Shown here: one piece after another, positions 18,096-27,038 of the stretch
How the letters are laid out: every line of letters starts with the position of its first letter
Position numbering within the stretch: the stretch's first letter is position 1
Assembly (NCBI GenBank): GCA_048882505.1
Contig: JBHLRO010000001.1
Location: 270,001-302,000 of the forward strand
Source: Candidatus Thorarchaeota archaeon
GTDB taxonomy: Archaea > Asgardarchaeota > Heimdallarchaeia > Hodarchaeales > Hodarchaeaceae
Direction: 5' to 3'
DNA length: 32,000 nucleotides
The notes under the pieces: generated by a model
Told to the model about the DNA's origin: nothing
Databases searched by the model: none
What the model saw: the letters and a program-made list of their open reading frames with translations, nothing else
Translations under genes and position numbers: made by a program

Positions 18096-19976
18096 TCATT
18101 CTTTAATTTTTGGGATCCCAGGTATTTCGCAAATGAAAATAGATCCAGCGGGTTTGTTGTCCTGCACCCAAATTCTGCCGTTGAACGACTCAATGATTTC
18201 TTGAACTATTGTTAAACCAAGACCAGTTCCGAGCTTCGTTTTAGAATCGCTGAATGTCGTGAACGGCTTAAATATTTCTTCTTTTAGCGTGTCAGGTACA
18301 CCTGGCCCTTGATCTGAAAAGCTGATCTGCCAAATTTCTGGAAATTGGATGACGTCGATCTTGATTTCGGAATTTGAGGGAGAAAACTTGACGGAATTAT
18401 GAAGAAGGTTAAGGAAAGCACTCTTTAAAGCGAAGTTTGCAGGTACAAGTGCCAAATCCTTTTCAGGAGGCTCAAAAACAACGTTTAACTCTTTGTCGTT
18501 AATTTCGGGCTCTAATTCCTTTAATACTTGAAGAAGTAAATCTGATACGTCTACCGAGACGATCTCCTGCGATTTGATATCTAAATCAATTTTAAGCCAT
18601 TTGGTCACATCTTCAATGAGGTTCAAAGTAGTTGTTGTCTTTGCTTCTATTGCTGCTAAACTCGTCTTAATATCGGAAGTATCCTGAGAGGAACTTCTTA
18701 ATGATGCCAGGGCCAGCTCGGAATATCCGCTCATCGTCATTAAATGATTCTTCAGGTCATGTGATAGAAGTTTGAGGATAGTACCGGTTAGTTTTTGCTT
18801 CTTTTGGAGACTGGTTTCCGCTCTTTTTCTATCCGTAACGTCACGTAGAATTACCAAGAATCCTAGGAGCTTATCCTTCCTTCTCAAACCCGTTGCTAGG
18901 AGATCATAGTATCGATTTTCAAGACCAGTAACCTTGTGTGGATTTCTAAGGAGGATTTCTGTACTACTTACTATTGTTTCTCCGGCCTCGATCTGCTCTA
19001 AACCAATTTGAAATAATGTAGCATAATAGGCGCGCTCCTGAGCGGCTTCCTTTAACACAGAGACGACGTTTTTTCCATATATTTCCTGAGGCTGGTGTTT
19101 GGGGACGAGAATACGATAACCCGCTGTGTTTATGTCAACAATTCGCCATTCCTGATCTAAAACAAGCAATCCATCCAAAACTTCCTCGAAGACATAATTG
19201 CGCGCAATGGGTGCAATATCTAGGAATCCTGTTTCAAAAATAGCGTACGCGAAGAGAATATAGGCAATTACAAACATTATTGGCGTCAAATCAATGAAAG
19301 CTATCGGTGGAATGAGGTTTGTAACCCGAATGATATTGCCAATGAATGGAAAAAGAAGTCCAGAGAACACTATTATTATTTGTTTTTGGTAAAGATAATT
19401 AACTGATTTTCTTCGTTGAACCACATATGCCTGGATGAGGAATATCATTCCAGCTAGTAATAGGATATATGAGTACAGAGTGTGAGAATAAAAAGCAAGT
19501 CCATATTCATGTTCCACCGATACAAACTCAGGAGTTATTATTAGTTGTGACTGAAGGTAAAACATGTTGTGCATGTCATTGGTAACTAAAACGAGGTAAT
19601 GGAGTAGGGGAGGGAGGAATAAGAGCCAAAGAAGTGGTTTGGTTACAGGGTTTCCTCGTTTCGTAAATATATACGCAAAAAAGAGAAAAAAAGGGGGAAC
19701 TGCAATAATTCCAATATATTCAATAAAGATCCACAAAAACTTAGTGGGAAGGTCTGTTGCCGCAAATTCCAAGGTATACCCGCCACACCAAATCGCCGTA
19801 GAAATAACCAATGCAATGAAATAGCCAGAATACATTGATCGGGGTCTAAAGAAAAGTGAGTAAAATAAGAGAAAAATTGCACAGACCGTTACGACACCCA
19901 ATACTAATACGAATACGGAGATTTGGTAACCCAAAGCTTTGTCCCGTTCCGTTACTCCGCTATGAAGAGTAACCAA
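18096..19976 (-). CDS. Sensor histidine kinase, tandem paralog with the same 7TM-PAS-HisKA-HATPase architecture
   Basis: H-box LSHDLKN, N-box NLLHNSVKFS, DQGPGVP, IFKPF and GTGLGLTI. The 7TM region aligns by eye with the neighbouring kinase. Confidence 0.92.
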   Translation of the reverse strand: MVTLHSGVTERDKALGYQISVFVLVLGVVTVCAIFLLFYSLFFRPRSMYSGYFIALVISTAIWCGGYTLEFAATDLPTKFLWIFIEYIGIIAVPPFFLFFAYIFTKRGNPVTKPLLWLLFLPPLLHYLVLVTNDMHNMFYLQSQLIITPEFVSVEHEYGLAFYSHTLYSYILLLAGMIFLIQAYVVQRRKSVNYLYQKQIIIVFSGLLFPFIGNIIRVTNLIPPIAFIDLTPIMFVIAYILFAYAIFETGFLDIAPIARNYVFEEVLDGLLVLDQEWRIVDINTAGYRILVPKHQPQEIYGKNVVSVLKEAAQERAYYATLFQIGLEQIEAGETIVSSTEILLRNPHKVTGLENRYYDLLATGLRRKDKLLGFLVILRDVTDRKRAETSLQKKQKLTGTILKLLSHDLKNHLMTMSGYSELALASLRSSSQDTSDIKTSLAAIEAKTTTTLNLIEDVTKWLKIDLDIKSQEIVSVDVSDLLLQVLKELEPEINDKELNVVFEPPEKDLALVPANFALKSAFLNLLHNSVKFSPSNSEIKIDVIQFPEIWQISFSDQGPGVPDTLKEEIFKPFTTFSDSKTKLGTGLGLTIVQEIIESFNGRIWVQDNKPAGSIFICEIPGIPKIKE

Positions 19977-20126
19977 TTATTTTTGATAAACTAAACCTAA
20001 AGTCTCAATTAAATATTTGCATTTATTCTTGCCCTGATATTTTGTTACATCATGTCCAATTGGAGAAAAGATAATCAAGCGGAGTAACAATTCCTGTTAA
20101 AGTAGTTTACCGAAAAGGGTTTATTC

Positions 20127-20828
20127 ATGATGTTAATATCCTATATAACGCTGTTTGGACTCATTGCACTCATTTCAATTCTCGTAAAGAGTGTTAAATC
20201 TGGCGAGGTCGTAATTGATAACATTATTCTTCAAAAATTAACCAGGATTAACGTTCTGCTGAAAATGACGCCTGCAGGTCTAGCGACAATCTTTGCGTAT
20301 TTATGGATAACAGATAATCCTTTCTACCAGTTTGGCCTTGCTGGTGCATTACTTTTTTGTTTTTTTGGCGATTTTGGTATCGATAAACATTTCTTATTGG
20401 GATTTGGGCTTTTTCTCGTGGCTCAATTAATGTTCACGGTAACCTTCTTGGTGGAAACATTCACTCTCGGGACCCCCGTCTATCTTACAGTTACTGGCGT
20501 CATCCTCATAGCATTGGTTCTAATTTACATGGTTTTCTATCTTAATTACCTTCGTTCATCGCCGTCTGGACTTGGAAATTACCTTATACCGATAATGTTA
20601 TATTGTATCGGGATCACCCTTATGGTAGTATCTTCCATCATCTTTTGGTTCAGTTTAAACGAAGTTTACGCTGGATTTATTGTGCTAGGGGCTATTTCTT
20701 TTGTTATATCAGATTCTTTTTTGGGGATCCATCGTTTTCATCATGAAATCACGTGGAGAGAATTCAAAGTCACTAGCACCTATTATCTCGCTTTACTTCT
20801 ACTGAGTTTGAGCGCAATCTATGTATAA
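20127..20828 (+). CDS. yhhN: YhhN / TMEM86 lysoplasmalogenase-like membrane protein
   Basis: LLKMTPAG, GDFGID..FLLGFGLFLVAQ, IMLYCIGI and GAISFVISDSFLG motifs; about 8 TM segments. Confidence 0.85.
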   Translation: MMLISYITLFGLIALISILVKSVKSGEVVIDNIILQKLTRINVLLKMTPAGLATIFAYLWITDNPFYQFGLAGALLFCFFGDFGIDKHFLLGFGLFLVAQLMFTVTFLVETFTLGTPVYLTVTGVILIALVLIYMVFYLNYLRSSPSGLGNYLIPIMLYCIGITLMVVSSIIFWFSLNEVYAGFIVLGAISFVISDSFLGIHRFHHEITWREFKVTSTYYLALLLLSLSAIYV

Positions 20829-20920
20829 GCTCAGTGAAGCCCAATATTCTCGGATCGGAAGAAAAAATAATTGTAACGCGAAAGAAAGGTAGCATAAACT
20901 TATAGAGGATCGGTGCACCC

Positions 20921-23900
20921 ATGGCTACATTTGATGTTTCTAGGCAAAAAAAGGAAATAAAGGGTCATTCAATCGAGTTAGATGAATTAATCTCTAGATT
21001 AAATACAGATAAGGATACGGGGCTTACCAATGATGAAGCGGCGCGTCGCCTTGAGGAGTATGGTGTCAATGAGATTCCGAAACCTCAACAATCATTTTGG
21101 CAGGTGTATCTAGCTCCCCTACTCAACACTCTCATTGTAGTTTACCTTGCTATGACCACTGTAATCTGCTTACTGGCGTTGATTTACCTTTTTATTAATC
21201 CCAATGATACTTCAATTTGGTGGACCGCTCTTCAATGGTTGATCATTGTTGCTATCAACTTCGGAATTGCAATAGTTCAGCAGGCGCGGGCGCAAAAGAA
21301 GATTGAAGCCCTTCAAAAGCTGGCAGCGCCAGAAGCAAGAGTAATCAGAGAAGATAAGGAGTCGGAGATTGATACAATATACCTAGTTCCAGGTGACGTC
21401 GTTAAGATCGCCCAGGGTGATAAGATACCTGCTGATTGCAGGATACTACGATCCAGTTCACTAAGGGTTAATGAAGCGAGTTTAACGGGTGAAAGTGTTC
21501 CAAGCACCAAGGTTGAAGATGGTGATCACACGTTTCCAGAGGACACACCAATAGGATCTCGTAAAAATATGGTGTATAATGGGACATTCGTCACGATGGG
21601 ATCAGGGATCTGTATCGCTGTTAATACGGGAGGAAATACCGAATTCGGAATGATTAGTCGGGAATTAGAAGAATTAAATACTGGAGATATTCCCATTAGG
21701 GCCAAAGTTAACGTAATCGGGAATTATCTAACTTTCGGTATGCTAATCGTGTTTAGTCTATTATTAATATATCAAGCGACTCTTATATTAAATAATATTA
21801 AATTTGGGCTCTACAGGACAGAATTAGAACTGTTGGGAGATGTTATATTCCAGATTAGTAATATGATCATTAAAGCCATGAGTGTTGTCCCCATTAACAT
21901 ACCATTGCTGACTACTATCGTTCTCCTTACGGGGGTATTGGCCATGGCAAAACGTAACGTAATTATTCGAAATTTGGCAGCAATAGAAAGTCTTGGACGT
22001 ATTTCAATCCTATGTAGCGACAAAACTGGCACCATAACGACAGGACAAATGACAATTCAGCGCTTATGGGATGCAAGTGAGGATAAATTCTATGAAATTA
22101 CGGGAATAGGCTATGCACCCGAGGGAAGTATCATTCCTCTTGCCAAATCAAAAACAGAGCCTAAGAAGCCTGCGTCAGAGAAACTAGACCCCGTAATCAT
22201 AGATCCAAATTCCTCATTAGGCTTCTTGATAATTGGTGGCATGCTTAACAACGATTCCGAAATTGTATCAGAAAAAGTAGGGGATATCCTAGTATACTCA
22301 GGAACAGGTTCTCCTACCGAATCCGCTCTTCTAGCACTATTTAATAAAACGGGGCTTTCAAAAGATAATATTTTAAGAGAATTTCGCCTTGTACGGGAGT
22401 ACCCTTTTGATTCAAGTTTTAAAAGGATGTCTAAGGTCTTCAAGGTCGACGAAAAAGAACAACATCTTGTTTTTTGCAAAGGAGCAACCGAGGTAGTTCT
22501 TGAAAGGTGCCAGAATCTGGGATATGCAGCTCATGCACGTCCCCTTAAACCTAGGGATCGGAAGAAGATTCTAGGCCACATGGAAGAGCTAGCCGCCAAA
22601 GGATTTCGCGTATTATCTTTAACGTACAAAGAAGTAGCCGAGCTACCAGCTAAGAATGATGAAGAAAGAGATTTAATAGAGGAGGGGCTTTCATACCTTG
22701 GATTTGTTTCAATTCTGGATCCACCTAGGGAACGGGTTAATGATTCTGTTGTGGAAACCATTAGCGCCGGAATAACGCCAATTATGATTACAGGTGACTC
22801 CTCTACCACAGCACAAGCGATCGCAACAGAAATTGGAATGCTATCTCGGCCACACCATCAGATCCATGAAGGACACGAGGCAGATGATCTAAATGAAACA
22901 GATTTCTTCGATACGCGAGTATTCGCGCGTGTGGCACCAAAAGACAAGCAGATTATAGTTGAACGATATCAGGAGAACACCCGCGTTGTTGCAATGACGG
23001 GAGATGGAGTAAACGATGCTTTGGCATTATCCATGTCGGACGCGGGAATTGCTATGGGAATATCAGGCACAGAGGTATCAAAACAGGCAGCAGACCTTGT
23101 AATCGCGGATGACAGTTTTAATTCGATTGTCACAGGAATCCGTGAAGGACGGGCCCTCTTTCAACGCATCCGCGTAATAATTTTCTTCTACATCTGTGTA
23201 AATTTGGCAGAAGCAGCAGCGTATATCGGGTCAACCTTTATTTCTGGCTTTATTCTCAATTTTGAACTCATGGACACACTCCAACGGGCATATATATTTG
23301 GAATCGCCCACACCTTTCCTCCCTTGGCATTAATTTTTGATAAAATCCCACGTGACATAATGGATCGTGATCCAATTGATTCAGCAGGAATTTTTAATAA
23401 AAAATTAGCAGCGACAATGCTTATTACATCTATTACACTTGCCACTAGCATTTATTTCTTCTATTTCACCACTTTCTTTGGTTGGATTCCAGTGAATGCT
23501 ATCAATATGAGTGGATTTGTACCGCTTTTTCAAACGGACCCCGAATGGATCGTTACACCGACCATTCGTAAACTTGCGCCCATGACATGGGAACATGCAA
23601 AAGCACGAACATTTATGCATACTATCCTTTATCTAACCATTCCCCTAATTGTCTTATCAATACGACGAGTAGATAAATCACTGTTTAACGCAATTAGGGA
23701 AGATTCCTGGTGGCCCACCTACGTATTTGTATTTGCGATTATCCCTTTCCACATGTTTCTTATGTATTTTCCCGTTATCCAAGAAATTCTAAGTACACTA
23801 TCATTTTATCTAGATATCATTGCCCTAGATCTAGTAGATTGGATAATTTGCCTCATAGGAGCTCTAATTCCAGTAATCGTGCTAGAAACTGCAAAGTGGT

Positions 23901-23929
23901 TAATACGCGCTAGTGGAAAATACTATTAA
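20921..23929 (+). CDS. P-type ATPase with P2A (SERCA-like) scaffold and non-canonical transport site
   Basis: VNEASLTGES, CSDKTGT (D367), FDSSFKRMS, KGATE, DPPR, MITGD, FARVAPKDK and MTGDGVNDALAL are all intact; about 10 TM segments. M4 reads VPINIP. Confidence 0.95.
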   Translation: MATFDVSRQKKEIKGHSIELDELISRLNTDKDTGLTNDEAARRLEEYGVNEIPKPQQSFWQVYLAPLLNTLIVVYLAMTTVICLLALIYLFINPNDTSIWWTALQWLIIVAINFGIAIVQQARAQKKIEALQKLAAPEARVIREDKESEIDTIYLVPGDVVKIAQGDKIPADCRILRSSSLRVNEASLTGESVPSTKVEDGDHTFPEDTPIGSRKNMVYNGTFVTMGSGICIAVNTGGNTEFGMISRELEELNTGDIPIRAKVNVIGNYLTFGMLIVFSLLLIYQATLILNNIKFGLYRTELELLGDVIFQISNMIIKAMSVVPINIPLLTTIVLLTGVLAMAKRNVIIRNLAAIESLGRISILCSDKTGTITTGQMTIQRLWDASEDKFYEITGIGYAPEGSIIPLAKSKTEPKKPASEKLDPVIIDPNSSLGFLIIGGMLNNDSEIVSEKVGDILVYSGTGSPTESALLALFNKTGLSKDNILREFRLVREYPFDSSFKRMSKVFKVDEKEQHLVFCKGATEVVLERCQNLGYAAHARPLKPRDRKKILGHMEELAAKGFRVLSLTYKEVAELPAKNDEERDLIEEGLSYLGFVSILDPPRERVNDSVVETISAGITPIMITGDSSTTAQAIATEIGMLSRPHHQIHEGHEADDLNETDFFDTRVFARVAPKDKQIIVERYQENTRVVAMTGDGVNDALALSMSDAGIAMGISGTEVSKQAADLVIADDSFNSIVTGIREGRALFQRIRVIIFFYICVNLAEAAAYIGSTFISGFILNFELMDTLQRAYIFGIAHTFPPLALIFDKIPRDIMDRDPIDSAGIFNKKLAATMLITSITLATSIYFFYFTTFFGWIPVNAINMSGFVPLFQTDPEWIVTPTIRKLAPMTWEHAKARTFMHTILYLTIPLIVLSIRRVDKSLFNAIREDSWWPTYVFVFAIIPFHMFLMYFPVIQEILSTLSFYLDIIALDLVDWIICLIGALIPVIVLETAKWLIRASGKYY

Positions 23930-23949
23930 GGATCTTAAATTAGATAATC

Positions 23950-24852
23950 TTATTGCAATAATTCTGGAAAGAAATGTTCAAGAATCCAATCTCCAACCGG
24001 CGGATACCGATGTATTGCAGGCCGCCAGGTCATTTTAGACTCGATCATATCCCATGGTACATCCAGAGTGTCAGGTATTGCTCTCTGTGCAAACTGACTA
24101 AGTCGTTTGAGAGTATTATCAAACGGATATGTCATGTGATCACAGGGGAACTCTTTCTGCGTCAAATTCAGATCGTTGGAGATTTCGGCCATTGGGAGAG
24201 AAGCAGAGGTGGTCGGGACAATCCAATCGTATTTTCCAATCGCGTTCAGCCATTGGAGATTTGGGTTCAATATCGGATCCTGATTTAAGCGTGATAATAA
24301 TTGGCTTTTTGGCGTGAGCTGAAAAAAACCAAGTCCCAAATCGGGGGGTAAACGCTCTTTACTTAATACCTGTTGAACGGAATTGAAAAACTCCTCCATT
24401 TTGGAGCGATTTCCCCGCGTTATGCCGTGATTCGGAACTGTAAGGAGCACGATTCCATATAGCATTTCTTCTATTCTCGTTAATTCAATCGAATGTCGGA
24501 AATTTGGGCTTGTCATGACCCGTGTGATTATCCCTCCCATGCTATGTGATATAATGGTAACCCGATGTTGTTTTTTTTCATATATTAGTTCGAGAGATGT
24601 CAAGAGGTCATTTTCGGCAAGATCAAGAATATTGGCATAGACAGCATTGCTAAGTGTAAGGCTCCAGCAATCGATTCCCTTCAAACTCAAGTAATTCCCT
24701 AAAGAATCTTCATAGCGAAACCAAATCTCCCCTGAACTTCCAAAGCCATGTACAAAAAGGATAGGTGGGCCTTTAGAAGAAGGATTGTGATGAACTAACT
24801 TTGCAATACCAAATTCAGTCTTAATTTGATATATTACGGCATCTAGGGACAT
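23950..24852 (-). CDS. Alpha/beta-hydrolase, lipase/PGAP1-like
   Basis: Oxyanion VHGFGS, nucleophile elbow SHSMGG, TVPNHG, acid KYDWIVP and candidate catalytic His in CDHM. Confidence 0.85.
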   Translation of the reverse strand: MSLDAVIYQIKTEFGIAKLVHHNPSSKGPPILFVHGFGSSGEIWFRYEDSLGNYLSLKGIDCWSLTLSNAVYANILDLAENDLLTSLELIYEKKQHRVTIISHSMGGIITRVMTSPNFRHSIELTRIEEMLYGIVLLTVPNHGITRGNRSKMEEFFNSVQQVLSKERLPPDLGLGFFQLTPKSQLLSRLNQDPILNPNLQWLNAIGKYDWIVPTTSASLPMAEISNDLNLTQKEFPCDHMTYPFDNTLKRLSQFAQRAIPDTLDVPWDMIESKMTWRPAIHRYPPVGDWILEHFFPELLQ

Positions 24853-24944
24853 TTTTTACCCAGGAATTAACCTATCTTCCTAATTGGGCGCTATGGTCAT
24901 TACTCCTGTTCAACTAATATAGATATTCGGAAATGGGTAATGAT

Positions 24945-25433
24945 TTAGAACAGCTTGGGAGGCCATAATCGGAACCATAATGGCCCCAAAATGCTTGATC
25001 TCTTGATAGTCCCCAATTGTCGGCTATCTGTACTATACGGGAGATTGTCTCCTAACAAAAAGTATGAATCCTTCTCAATATGAAATTTTATCTCATGATG
25101 AAGGGTGGAGCGATTTGAGGAAAGAGTTATATTTGTTGTAGCAGCCTCAATTCTTATTTCTGTCTTGTTTATGGAAACATATTCCCCAGGGAGTCCTAGA
25201 ATGCGTTTTATTAAGATTTTCGACCCAGTTTTGAAATGACAGAATCCAACGATCAGCATCCTTTCTATAGGATGAGTGTCGAAATAGTTTAAATCCAGTA
25301 GAACATATTGATCAGCAAGAATTGTTGGCTCCATTGAATGGCCATGAATGCGAAGCCATTTCCCTCTGAACCGCCCAGTGGAAAGTCTGATAAACGTATC
25401 TTTGAGTTTCTTACGACCTTTAATCTGCAGCAT
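24945..25433 (-). CDS. sodX: Nickel-SOD maturation peptidase (S26 family)
   Basis: GHSMEPTI (Ser), LIKRI (Lys) and GDNLPYSTDSR. No TM anchor. Lies immediately downstream of sodN on the same strand. Confidence 0.85.
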   Translation of the reverse strand: MLQIKGRKKLKDTFIRLSTGRFRGKWLRIHGHSMEPTILADQYVLLDLNYFDTHPIERMLIVGFCHFKTGSKILIKRILGLPGEYVSINKTEIRIEAATTNITLSSNRSTLHHEIKFHIEKDSYFLLGDNLPYSTDSRQLGTIKRSSILGPLWFRLWPPKLF

Positions 25434-25483
25434 CCCGTTGAGATAAACGTTAGATATAAAAAAAGAAAAAGATGGTTATTTTC

Positions 25484-25960
25484 TTATTTATGCAGAACTA
25501 GTTCAGCACCCGCACCTGCATAAGGAGCTTTAACTCTTACACTTTCTATACCTTTGATCTTCCAGAATATTATGGCAAATTCCTGAACAGAGTTGAGCAG
25601 CTGAGCGGCGATTTCCAAGTTGATTTCTTGCCGGGCTTGGCTTGCCTGTTGCATAATCCTTGGAACCAGATCTGAAATTTCAGGAAACTGTTCTACGTGA
25701 ACAGGTTTGATAAAATCTCCCCAAATTACTCTGATTTCATGTTTAACCAGTTCCGCATGTTCCTCTTTCGTTGCAATATACCGACTAAACTTGTGAGCAT
25801 TGGCCTGATCAGTTCTGTTCGGTAAATCATTGATGAGATTAACCATTCTGATAACAGTATGAGCAGCTACTTGGGCCAAATGCGGATCGTAAATCCCACA
25901 CGGAATATCGCAATGGGCATAACCTATCTCGGGTTTTAGGATTTTTTCTATTATTTTCAT
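25484..25960 (-). CDS. sodN: Nickel superoxide dismutase precursor
   Basis: 15-aa leader ending GYA, then a perfect Ni-hook HCDIPCGIYDP (25883-25915). KEEHAE..K and IWGDFIK motifs follow. Confidence 0.95.
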   Translation of the reverse strand: MKIIEKILKPEIGYAHCDIPCGIYDPHLAQVAAHTVIRMVNLINDLPNRTDQANAHKFSRYIATKEEHAELVKHEIRVIWGDFIKPVHVEQFPEISDLVPRIMQQASQARQEINLEIAAQLLNSVQEFAIIFWKIKGIESVRVKAPYAGAGAELVLHK

Positions 25961-25992
25961 TCATTTCACCTAATTCGTTTGTCTTTTCATAA

Positions 25993-26026
25993 AACGAGAC
26001 CTAGCTCGTTGCTAAACGCATTTATA
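25993..26026 (-). promoter_or_regulatory. Candidate sodN promoter: TATA box plus inverted-repeat operator over the expected start site
   Basis: Minus-strand TATAAAT at 26026-26020; AACGAG-N6-CTCGTT at 25993-26010; AGGTGA RBS 5 nt before the sodN ATG. Confidence 0.45.
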
Positions 26027-26186
26027 CTCTCAGTCCTTAAAAACTTTAACAGTTTCTCCGCATAAATTCGTAGTTTGAACCTATAATTTTGCAAATCTTG
26101 GGCGTTTTCCGAAGATATGCAAGGAAAACTTCATAACTTGAATTGAAATGGCAGATGGAATTCCTAGGTCAGGCCATCAGCTGAAA

Positions 26187-26909
26187 TTAGGGATCAGATA
26201 ATTTTGTTGGCCGAACACATAGGATCTTAGAAAGTTGGACAGGAATATTTTCTCTCCGATCATTCATTGCAACGATTACTCCCTTATCACTCTTTTCTTC
26301 GACCTGGAGTTCAATTCCTACTTTATTGATGCCAAAGCTTTCCAATGTACGAGCTGTATCGTCGAAATGGGACGATACACGAGTTAATGTAACTAACGTT
26401 CCATTGGGAATATCTAGAAGGCAAGGATCGTTACATCCCAGATCTTTGACCTCCCCATGAGGAATAGGCATGCCAAAGGGAGTTTTCTTGGTTCCTAATT
26501 TCTTATAGATAAAATCAGCCAGGACGTCAGAAATACCATGTTCAATAAGACAAGCCTGCTGATGGAGTATGTTAAACGGAACATCAAAGATTTCGTATAG
26601 CATAGCTTCTGCGAGTCGGTGATTTCTAGCGATTCGTCTTGCTGCTTGGAAGCCCTTTTTGGTTAGTTTCATGCCTTCATATGGCTTATAATCCACATAT
26701 TCCTCTTTTTCCAACTTACGGCGCACTATATTTGTCAGCTGGGTTTTCCCTATTTTCCCACCTAGTCTATTGAGGATTTCTCCCATTTTAATGCGCTGAT
26801 CGTCTGATAAGGTATCTACCGATAGATCAAACAGACATTCCATTATTTCTTGCTCGGGAACGCGAAGACCCTCGGTGGGACTGTGCATTGCGGGCAATCT
26901 TATCTCCAC
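26187..26909 (-). CDS. DtxR/MntR family metal-dependent regulator with C-terminal FeoA/SH3-like domain (start uncertain)
   Basis: YKPYEGMKLTKKG, RNHRLAE, HQQACLIEH (DtxR HDEACRWEH equivalent) and PFGMPIP. Confidence 0.9.
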   Translation of the reverse strand: MEIRLPAMHSPTEGLRVPEQEIMECLFDLSVDTLSDDQRIKMGEILNRLGGKIGKTQLTNIVRRKLEKEEYVDYKPYEGMKLTKKGFQAARRIARNHRLAEAMLYEIFDVPFNILHQQACLIEHGISDVLADFIYKKLGTKKTPFGMPIPHGEVKDLGCNDPCLLDIPNGTLVTLTRVSSHFDDTARTLESFGINKVGIELQVEEKSDKGVIVAMNDRRENIPVQLSKILCVRPTKLSDP

Positions 26910-27038
26910 CTTTTATTGATTTATTGTTTAATTTAAAATCTACTATCGAAATCCCCTATTGAAGATAGCCTTAGTTTTTATGGAAGCAGTTTATACCTAA
27001 AGACCAATCTTATATTTTCCCCCTAATTCTTTTCCTCC

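Noticed and set aside
20055-20064. 10-bp palindrome TCCAATTGGA between the kinases and yhhN
   Set aside because: Short enough to occur by chance, and no second copy was noticed.
20921-23929. Annotation as a calcium-transporting ATPase, or as a true P4 flippase
   Set aside because: Most Ca2+ ligands are substituted. It also keeps TGES rather than DGET, and no CDC50-like partner is seen, so neither label is supported.
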